64,000 nt of DNA from a virus, in IMG/VR virus record IMGVR_UViG_3300030099_007635, positions 32,001 to 96,000 of that record. One strand, written 5' to 3'. The translations under genes and the position numbers were made by a program. Numbering within the stretch: position 1 is the first letter of the stretch; the number at the start of each line of letters is the position of its first letter. A model generated the notes under the pieces. It searched no databases. It was not told where the DNA came from and was given only the letters and a program-made list of their open reading frames with translations. Below are positions 56,555-64,000 of this stretch, piece after piece.

Positions 56555-56572
56555 AAGTTGAGAGCTTAACTA

Positions 56573-57724
56573 TTATCGCTCAATAGCAGTTCCAACCAGA
56601 ACGCGGTTATCGAGAACCACGCGACCCTCTTCGACAGAGCCGAAGTAGCCGATCTTATTCTGGCGAATGCTATACTGATCGTCAGCGATCAGCGTGAATT
56701 CGCTTCCGCTTTCGGAGTCAGTTGCGACCACGCGCATAAGGGAATCGCGACTGCGATCCACACCTACGACGATCTCGTCATCAGAAGTAAAGGCGAAGCT
56801 GGAGGTTGTGCTCAGCGAGGTGTATGTTGCACCGCCAGCAGCAGTGTTAAACAGATCGTTGAACTTCTGACCAGCACCCATCTCGTTGTATTCCAAGATG
56901 TTAAGGCCCATGAAGCTTGTGATGCCACCGTTATTGTAGAGTTCATTACGAACCTGCTCAGGAGCAGCAATCGGCATTTCACCAGCACCAAGGCCGCTTC
57001 CGTCAACATCTTTAGTGTTTACGGGGTTGTAAGCTTGTGCGCGAATATCACCCACAACCTCAGGAGAACAGATCAAATCGGTGATCCCACGGGTGCGAGT
57101 AGTTGGAGTTCCTGCAATCCAAGAGCTATTAATACGCTTAGAGAGAGTGAACAGATCGTTAATATCCGCAAGCATAAACTTGTCCTTAATGGCATTAGCG
57201 ATAATGTGAGAGTCGTTTGTAGCAGTGGAAGACTTCGTGGATGCGTTGGCAAGAGAAGTCATAAGCAAGCTAGCGGAAGTGCGCTCCTGCTTAAGAAGAA
57301 TCTCTTGGGCTACGCGAGTAAAAGTCTTACCCACAACGTCCATGCGGCTTTTGGCAGCATAGCGACGATCAAAATCAACCGCACTATCAAGGCTGTATGT
57401 AGCCAGCTTCAGTTCAGAAGCGGTTGGTAGCACTTGGTTGCTTGGAAGACCACCTGCATGAGTCTGACTCCACACCCTAACGTAATCTTCGTCAGCGATG
57501 TCGTAGTAGAGATCAAGAGGGATGCTTGGGTTATCATCAGCATCAAATTGAAGTGACTGGAACAGATTGCTCACTGTAGGAGCGTTGTTGAGAACCTCGG
57601 CCAAAACTGGTCCGATGAAATCAGCAAGTGCAACCTGAGCCTCGTATGCAACACTGCGGTTGCGCGAAGCCATAGCTTTTACAAGCTCGACTTGTTCTGG
57701 GGTTCTTTTTAAAGTAATTTTCAT
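56573..57724 (-). CDS. Major capsid protein
   Basis: 383 aa; gene order portal, protease, decoration, this gene, then a strong terminator. Confidence 0.8.
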   Translation of the reverse strand: MKITLKRTPEQVELVKAMASRNRSVAYEAQVALADFIGPVLAEVLNNAPTVSNLFQSLQFDADDNPSIPLDLYYDIADEDYVRVWSQTHAGGLPSNQVLPTASELKLATYSLDSAVDFDRRYAAKSRMDVVGKTFTRVAQEILLKQERTSASLLMTSLANASTKSSTATNDSHIIANAIKDKFMLADINDLFTLSKRINSSWIAGTPTTRTRGITDLICSPEVVGDIRAQAYNPVNTKDVDGSGLGAGEMPIAAPEQVRNELYNNGGITSFMGLNILEYNEMGAGQKFNDLFNTAAGGATYTSLSTTSSFAFTSDDEIVVGVDRSRDSLMRVVATDSESGSEFTLIADDQYSIRQNKIGYFGSVEEGRVVLDNRVLVGTAIER

Positions 57725-57745
57725 GTTATAAAATCCTTTCTGAAA

Positions 57746-58414
57746 TTAGTTACAATCAAACGAGATAACGATATAATCACCAGAGAACTGATCTGTAGTG
57801 ATTCCGACATTTGCGCGATGACCAGTTCCAAGAACGTGACCGAAGACTTTATCTTCGTCTACTAAGTCCCCAGTAGTGATGTCATCAACTCCGACAGTGG
57901 CAAAACCAGTGATTTTACCAGCGTTAGTCGGAGAGAGTTTGATCCTATTTCCTGGTGTGTAGCGATCAACTGCACCTTCAAATGCTTTGCTACTTAAAGT
58001 AACAATTCCCTTAGTGAGAACTGGAACAGCTTGCCCTGGAAGGATAGCTTGGAGTTCCTCTGCTTTTTGAGGGTTGTAGAGCAGCTTTTCGCCGTTCTCG
58101 TCGTTCTTAGCGGTTTGATAAAGAGTCATGCCAAGGCAGTGATCTTCATCTTTTGCTCCCGTAATTTTAAGATTAACTTTCGGATACATCTCTGAAGTCC
58201 CAAGAAACGGATAACTGGTATCACCCAGATAACCGTCCGTGGTGTAGCTTACAGGATCTGCATCAAAGTTACCGTCTGATACTTTTACGAAAACGCCAGC
58301 ATCGCCAGCGCCTTCTCCAGTAGTGCTATCGAGAACATCGCTGTCAATGACAGAAAACATGTTCACGACATCGTGATCAGAGTATTGTCTGAATGGTAGA
58401 ATGCGTAAAGCCAT
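57746..58414 (-). CDS. Capsid decoration/cement protein
   Basis: Lies between scaffold and capsid; LGMTL..PGQAVPVLTKGIVTL. Confidence 0.6.
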   Translation of the reverse strand: MALRILPFRQYSDHDVVNMFSVIDSDVLDSTTGEGAGDAGVFVKVSDGNFDADPVSYTTDGYLGDTSYPFLGTSEMYPKVNLKITGAKDEDHCLGMTLYQTAKNDENGEKLLYNPQKAEELQAILPGQAVPVLTKGIVTLSSKAFEGAVDRYTPGNRIKLSPTNAGKITGFATVGVDDITTGDLVDEDKVFGHVLGTGHRANVGITTDQFSGDYIVISFDCN

Positions 58415-58434
58415 AATTTTTAGTTGTTAGTGAA

Positions 58435-59925
58435 TTAAGAAATTTCAATGTTGTCTCGACTGAATGCCGACTTGAACTTGTCCCTTAAGGTTTCGGTCTC
58501 AGAAGCAACAGCTTCGTTGGTATTGGAAACTGGAGCATCGGTAACTTCGGCAGCATCAAGAGCGTCTTCAACTTCAACTTCTTCAGTAGAAGCAGTAGAA
58601 ACCCTTTTAGCAACCTCTTCATCAATTCGGGCCTGAATCTGAGCATCAAACTCGGCCTGAACCTCTTTGTTCTTATGTTTCCAAAGAACTTCTAACTTGG
58701 AAGCGAATGCTTCGTAAGCCTCTTGGTTTTCAAGACTCTTAAGCTCTGAAGCGAGAAATTCGCGATCTTGATCGTCAAGTTCAAATTTCTGATCAACTTC
58801 TTCCATGCGCTGATTAAAAGCTGCTACGGCTTCCTCTGCTCGCTTCTCATTTTCAAAATGAGAAATGCGCTCATTGGCAGCACCAAGCTTTTCTTCAAGT
58901 TCAGCTACAGAAGATTTGAGATCTTCGTATTCCTTTATTTTACCTTCTTTAGCTAATCGCTCAGCCTCAATATCTTTGCGATATTGCTCATCGCGTTGGC
59001 GAATAGCATCTGCAAAAGTATCGGTCATTGAAGCGACTGCTTCTTTTGAGAATTTCTTCTCATTAAGAAGATCCTTTAGTTCGTTAAGAGTCTGTTCAAG
59101 TTCCATATCAATGATGTTCTTTTGGTTGTTTACATTTAAATTATTATTTTGTGAAATTTTATCACGGTTATCATTTATAAAAACTTTAGTCTTTTCAGGG
59201 GTTTCTCCATACAAACCCTTAACTTCTGCTGCTGGGTTTAAAGTGTAAGCTATTCCCAATGGATAGATATTACCTTGAATTAAGCGATAAATGTTCTGCC
59301 CATCTTCTGTTTTTCCAGATCCTCCATAGCTTCTAAGGTATCCTTGTAGCTCCATTATTTGATCGGGATCACTGATAATTTTAGCTTCACTTAGAACATC
59401 ACTACCCACAGCTAAAACAAAATCATTGAATCCCACCTCCCAGCTAGCAGATACTTTTTGAAACGCTGTATCATCAGGATCAAGAGACTTCTCCACCAAT
59501 TGAGTAAAGTTTGGATTAACTGTCTTGTATAAAACAGCGCCTAATGCAATATTAAATGGTTTTTTAATAGCCTGAACTATATCTTTGTCTAAAAGTTTAT
59601 TAGTTCCAAACTCGCTATAACCAGCAGAAACAATGTGTCCCACAACCTTTTGCTTGTCGTGTTCAATGTTTGTGGGTTTATGAACAAAATTATCTGTATA
59701 CTTTAGAGCGGTAGAAGTATCCATACCGTCTCCATTTTTATTAAATTTATTTACTACAGCGGCATTAAACGCTACACCCAAGAGATCAACGTTCCCCTCA
59801 TAATCAATATCCTTGGGGACAAGGGGAGCTAAGCTTTCTAGGGATGCCTTTGAAATCAAAGACGACTCGCTAATTTCGCAAGCTAGCAATGGACAGTCGA
59901 AAGTAGTGGTATATTTGTAATCCAT
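58435..59925 (-). CDS. Prohead protease with C-terminal scaffold coiled coil
   Basis: NKNGD, KPTNIEH..VVGHI, SASWEV, NPAA; acidic coiled-coil C-terminal half. Confidence 0.8.
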   Translation of the reverse strand: MDYKYTTTFDCPLLACEISESSLISKASLESLAPLVPKDIDYEGNVDLLGVAFNAAVVNKFNKNGDGMDTSTALKYTDNFVHKPTNIEHDKQKVVGHIVSAGYSEFGTNKLLDKDIVQAIKKPFNIALGAVLYKTVNPNFTQLVEKSLDPDDTAFQKVSASWEVGFNDFVLAVGSDVLSEAKIISDPDQIMELQGYLRSYGGSGKTEDGQNIYRLIQGNIYPLGIAYTLNPAAEVKGLYGETPEKTKVFINDNRDKISQNNNLNVNNQKNIIDMELEQTLNELKDLLNEKKFSKEAVASMTDTFADAIRQRDEQYRKDIEAERLAKEGKIKEYEDLKSSVAELEEKLGAANERISHFENEKRAEEAVAAFNQRMEEVDQKFELDDQDREFLASELKSLENQEAYEAFASKLEVLWKHKNKEVQAEFDAQIQARIDEEVAKRVSTASTEEVEVEDALDAAEVTDAPVSNTNEAVASETETLRDKFKSAFSRDNIEIS

Positions 59926-60133
59926 TATTTTTTATCCATCCAGCTTTTAGGTAGAGCACTTTCTGCTCCTATTTTTTTAGCCCTTCTAATAAGTTTGCTT
60001 TTAAACTCTTCAAAACTCATTGAACCTTCGTAGCGCCCCCAACTGCTTACAGCATTTTTTACATCTCTAGCCGAAAGCACTGGAAAAGACCTTCTTTTGG
60101 GATCAAGAAAGTCGCTGTCTTTTAGTTCACTTC
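59925..60133 (-). CDS. Unannotated coding segment: -1 frame continuation of 60122..60670
   Basis: Reads RSELKDSDFLDPKRRSFPVLSARDVKNAVSSWGRYEGSMSFEEFKSKLIRRAKKIGAESALPKSWMDKK-stop; the stop overlaps the next ATG (TAATG); no start codon ahead of the conserved-looking block. Confidence 0.8.
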
Positions 60134-60670
60134 TTTTTTTTTACCAAATCTTTCTGCGGCAATATCCGTGAGCATCTGGGCATAACTCTTTTTAGGGGTA
60201 ATTTTCTTTTTCATATCTCCCCCTCCATATCCTCCATCAGCCTTCTTTTTGCCTTTTTTACGAAGCAACTCAAAGTCTTCCTTACTAATCTTGCCATCCT
60301 TATTCTTATCTAAACCAGATTTTTGTTTGCTGGACATGTCGGCTTTGGCTGGCTTACCTTTATATTCACCTTTTTTAGCCATTTGAGCTTTCATTTTTTC
60401 TTCAGAGTCCTTGTCAAACTTCATATCTTTCTTTAAAGCTTTTTTCTCTGCGTCCTTCTTCTCGGATGGCTTGCCCTTTTCAAGCTTTTTCATTTTGCCC
60501 TTATCGTCTTTGATAGCGTCCTTCTCATGTTCGACTTTTTCCTTTTTGGTGTCTTTCTTGAGTTCTTTTTTATCAATTTTATCATATTGCTGCTTTGTCA
60601 TTGCAGCCTCGATCTCTTCCGCAGAGATAGATACTTCGATTTCGTTAGATTCAAAATTACTGTTTTTCAT
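60122..60670 (-). CDS. Lys-rich head-operon protein with an EF-hand-like loop
   Basis: DKNKDGKISKED; ends just after the A9 run. Confidence 0.75.
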   Translation of the reverse strand: MKNSNFESNEIEVSISAEEIEAAMTKQQYDKIDKKELKKDTKKEKVEHEKDAIKDDKGKMKKLEKGKPSEKKDAEKKALKKDMKFDKDSEEKMKAQMAKKGEYKGKPAKADMSSKQKSGLDKNKDGKISKEDFELLRKKGKKKADGGYGGGDMKKKITPKKSYAQMLTDIAAERFGKKKEVN

Positions 60671-62627
60671 GGCTGTGATATAAAATGGCGGCTGGGTATG
60701 CTTCTAAGCTGTGTGTGGCAGAGATATCTAAAACCTCCTTTAAGGTTTCTAAATTCTCTATTTCATTAAAATTGTTTACACACGATTCTAGCGTTTCTGC
60801 CCAATATTCTTTTGGTTGAGCGCAAACAATAGATTCACACAGGCTGCTAGCCATCTCTTCTTGTTCATCGCTAAGCTCTTTTACTTTTAGGTTTTTAAGC
60901 AATTGAGCCTTTGCTTCATGAATTAATTCGTCTATGTCGTAGATGGTTTGTTGAATGTTTGCTCTAGAATACTGTGCGTTTGTGATCGGGATATCTGTAG
61001 TTCCCTCGGGCCTACCTGCTTCCTTTCGAGGTCCATTTTTTGCGCCACCAGCAGGAGCAATGACAGGAACGCCACCAACTATGGGATTATAATAACCCTG
61101 CTCTCGCTCTTCCAAGAAGTCTTTTTGAGCATCATTAAGCTCATCAGGTTCAGGGAATTTACCGTTATGGAACATTTCCATGCCTTGTTTTGGGGTGATG
61201 ATCCCAAGCTCCATGAGCCTAGTCGAAGCCCTCATAAGTTGAACTTCATCCCTCATGTCAATATCTTTCATTTTTGCTTCGGGCCATGATCTGAAACCAA
61301 GATCCTTAGCAACCCTTTTAATTTCTCTGTTTAAGAAATCATTTAAGAAGCCATATCTAGACTCCTGCAAACGATCAATAAATATTTGTGCTTTTACCTG
61401 AGTCGAATTAAACTTTTCTTCTCCTACTACAATATTTTGTAAACCTTGTTTAATGTCCTCGTTTAGTATCTGATACTTTTCTGGTCCCAGAACCAGATTT
61501 AACTCGGGAATAATGAACTCTGCCTTAGTGGTGTAGTCTGAAACTAATACCCTTCCAACGCTTTCATTCTTAAACAAGCTTTGCATTGCAGCCATGTTAT
61601 TAGGGTTAATACCTCCCTTGTCAGGGTCAGCCCCCATCGTTATTAAAAGTATAACGTTTTCCACGGTGCGAGTAATCGCCTGATCCATTTTCTTAAGTTC
61701 CATCTTGGCGTTTATATCATCCAGAACTGGAAAACCAAAAGGAACAGCAAATGGTTCATAATCTTGTTTTTTGTAAAAGGAAAAAGACAGCCTATTGGGG
61801 TCCAAATCTAAGTATATACCTTTTCTGCCATAAGATCCGTCTCTTATGGATTTTTGAATCGCTGGCTCCAGTCCTTCAAAAATAGCAAGATCCTCATCTG
61901 TTTGTGGATTAGCCAAGCGAGCAATCTCATACTCAGACAAAAGTTTTTGATATGCTCCTGCATAATTAAACGTTGATACCCTTTTGGCGGTTATGTCATA
62001 AGGATTCAATAAGACGTAGCGTAGCGGAATCTTGTTGGTAGAGGAATTTATTGATCCCACCTGATTAACAAGCTTTGCATAGTCTTCTGCTTTAAATTTT
62101 CCGTCTATACGGTATAAGAAAACATTACCACTTCTATAGTATTCTCTAAAATACTGGTCTTTTAAATTAATAATATTTACCCTTTTAAACCAATCGTAGA
62201 AAAACTCCCTGCTCTTTTTAGTTCCACCTTCTAGATAAATATCGGTATTTGTGAACTCCGACATAATATCCACCGCATTTCTAAAAACCGCTACATTTGC
62301 ATAAGCTTTTTGGCACAACTCGATTGCATCCCTACAGGTAACGCCATCCGATGCATACTCATACGGAAGCATTCCGATTCTAATACTGGAAAACCTATCT
62401 ATTGGATTGCGAAAAGCTACTCGATTGGTGCGAGAACCATTGAATCCTTGGTTGGTTAATCCCTCTCTCCTTGCTTTAGATACCTCACCATACGAAGCTG
62501 AAGAGGTATAAAAAGGCTCCCCTAAAAGCTCAGGAGTTACTTCTTCAGATGACGGTTTAGATGGGTGATCGTTGGGATTAAACTGGTTCCAATATTCTGA
62601 ACGTTTGGTATATTTTCTTTTAGCCAT
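60657..62627 (-). CDS. Portal protein
   Basis: 656 aa directly after the terminase; VFRNAVDIMSEF, EYYRSGNVF, GRPEG. Confidence 0.8.
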   Translation of the reverse strand: MAKRKYTKRSEYWNQFNPNDHPSKPSSEEVTPELLGEPFYTSSASYGEVSKARREGLTNQGFNGSRTNRVAFRNPIDRFSSIRIGMLPYEYASDGVTCRDAIELCQKAYANVAVFRNAVDIMSEFTNTDIYLEGGTKKSREFFYDWFKRVNIINLKDQYFREYYRSGNVFLYRIDGKFKAEDYAKLVNQVGSINSSTNKIPLRYVLLNPYDITAKRVSTFNYAGAYQKLLSEYEIARLANPQTDEDLAIFEGLEPAIQKSIRDGSYGRKGIYLDLDPNRLSFSFYKKQDYEPFAVPFGFPVLDDINAKMELKKMDQAITRTVENVILLITMGADPDKGGINPNNMAAMQSLFKNESVGRVLVSDYTTKAEFIIPELNLVLGPEKYQILNEDIKQGLQNIVVGEEKFNSTQVKAQIFIDRLQESRYGFLNDFLNREIKRVAKDLGFRSWPEAKMKDIDMRDEVQLMRASTRLMELGIITPKQGMEMFHNGKFPEPDELNDAQKDFLEEREQGYYNPIVGGVPVIAPAGGAKNGPRKEAGRPEGTTDIPITNAQYSRANIQQTIYDIDELIHEAKAQLLKNLKVKELSDEQEEMASSLCESIVCAQPKEYWAETLESCVNNFNEIENLETLKEVLDISATHSLEAYPAAILYHSHEKQ

Positions 62628-62675
62628 GGATATAATCCATATTACACCCCAAAGTTAACTTTCAACTTTTTAAAG

Positions 62676-64000
62676 TTAAGAAATGAACATTGGAGTAAAA
62701 GTGGTTTGCACAGTGTCTATATTATCCGAATTCATATCGTAGAAAACATTCATCGCCCAATTGCCTAAAACTAAAGCAGAATAAGAGTCTTTACGGGCTT
62801 TGTCAGCGCCACTCTGCTTTCTTAGGTTAGCGGGTAAATCAAAACTTTGAGTTCCTTGAAGAGAAGTCGTAATTTGTATCAGCGCACATTGAACCTTGAT
62901 TAGATCCATCATATCTTTTTGGTGCTCTACAAAGTCAATCATTCTCGCCCCCGCTGGCCCTCTTTCATTTGGGTCATTTCTAATGAATTTTAACTCTTTA
63001 ATTGGAACATTGGATTTGCGTTGAATATTATAATCATCATTCATTGCTGCTCCTGCAAAGAATATCCTCTTGTGATCAAATGCCGCTTGAAGTTGCTCAT
63101 TTGCATTTCGTATCCACTGGGAAGTTGGCTTTCTAAGAAAAACTATGTTTTTAGTGGTTAAATTGTATTGGTTTTTGACCTTTCTCAAATTCTTTTCATA
63201 GTCTGGAACTTTATCTAAGTCTGCCTCAATTACGCCAAGTTTTAAATTTTTCTTTTTAAATATATCGCTTTCGTTGCAAGAGTTAAGAAACTGAACCCCT
63301 CCATTGTAGTCTCCAACCACAGCAACAATATTAAAATGCGTAAGAAGGTAGGCTGCATATTTAATATGTGTTTTTAAATTAGCTCCTGATAATCCGTAAC
63401 TGTGAACCACTGTTCCTTTTCTAGTATCACGATTCAGTTTTATCACAAGCATTGCAAAATCATCAGAGCTTTCACTTTCAGACCAAGAAGGGTCAAATGC
63501 TAAAATATACTCATCCTTTGGATTACCCACTACCTCTACAGACTGCCCCTCTCCATCTGGAATAGTGCAAGCGGCCATCTTGCTTACTTTGAAGTATCCT
63601 GAACTGTCATCTGTAAAAATGGCCCCAAATTCTCTTTCAAACTGAGAATCGCTCATGGTTGCCCTTGATTGACTTATAAGGTTTTGATCATATAGTTGCT
63701 CGGGAGCGCAATCATAACTAAAGTGCATAATTGTCCTATGTGCTCCATCTTGCTTGTTCTCATTGAGAATTAAGCTTTCGTATTGCTGATATATCTTATA
63801 AAGGTATTCGAATTTGTAAGAGGCAGAAGACAAACCAATAATTTTGTTGTTTGGCCAAACTCTTCTATCCTCTTCTTTCATTTTTCCCTTCTCTATCATT
63901 TGAGTTTCCAAATCATAGATCTCCTGTCTCTCTGTAGGATTTTCCACCACGGAAAGGAAAGGAATAATAACCTCATTATAAATTTTCTCAGGCATGAGAA
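62676..64000 (-). CDS. Terminase large subunit (5' partial)
   Basis: LSSA coupling motif, FEREFGAIF, LAFDPS..DDF RNase H-like domain, RKDSYSAL. Confidence 0.88.
   Translation of the reverse strand, partial: LMPEKIYNEVIIPFLSVVENPTERQEIYDLETQMIEKGKMKEEDRRVWPNNKIIGLSSASYKFEYLYKIYQQYESLILNENKQDGAHRTIMHFSYDCAPEQLYDQNLISQSRATMSDSQFEREFGAIFTDDSSGYFKVSKMAACTIPDGEGQSVEVVGNPKDEYILAFDPSWSESESSDDFAMLVIKLNRDTRKGTVVHSYGLSGANLKTHIKYAAYLLTHFNIVAVVGDYNGGVQFLNSCNESDIFKKKNLKLGVIEADLDKVPDYEKNLRKVKNQYNLTTKNIVFLRKPTSQWIRNANEQLQAAFDHKRIFFAGAAMNDDYNIQRKSNVPIKELKFIRNDPNERGPAGARMIDFVEHQKDMMDLIKVQCALIQITTSLQGTQSFDLPANLRKQSGADKARKDSYSALVLGNWAMNVFYDMNSDNIDTVQTTFTPMFIS

Noticed and set aside
1-64000. Stop-codon reassignment as seen in some large phages
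   Set aside because: TAA, TAG and TGA all end genes cleanly and long ORFs are intact in code 11

Overview
The whole window is a gene-dense, AT-rich segment of a large tailed dsDNA phage. It uses the standard genetic code, and I found no tRNA, rRNA, CRISPR array, IS or integrase. Left to right: (1) 1-7 kb, accessory genes: a partial GT-B glycosyltransferase, a Whirly-like protein, a basic mosaic protein, a pseudokinase and ClpC. (2) 7-16.6 kb, replication and recombination: DnaE split into PHP, DEDDh and catalytic genes, a Cas4/AddB-like nuclease, primase, DnaB and RecA. (3) 16.6-32.2 kb, a 20-gene nucleotide-sugar, glycosyltransferase and glycan-tailoring cluster. (4) nrdAB, a divergent promoter region, a phage sigma factor, SSB, another GT and Hsp20. 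(5) 38-55 kb, tail and neck: three paralogous tube-like proteins (one fused to a trypsin-like protease) and a 2393-aa tape measure, with no sheath gene seen. (6) 55-64 kb, head: capsid, decoration protein, protease/scaffold, portal and partial terminase. The most notable observations are the self-contained glycosylation system, the tube-protease fusion, two ssDNA-binder/GT-B gene pairs, a hidden -1 frame extension at an A9 run in the head operon, and a recurrent GTGTA(A/T) motif just upstream of at least nine start codons (candidate late promoter). All family calls come from reading motifs and from recall; no database searches were run.
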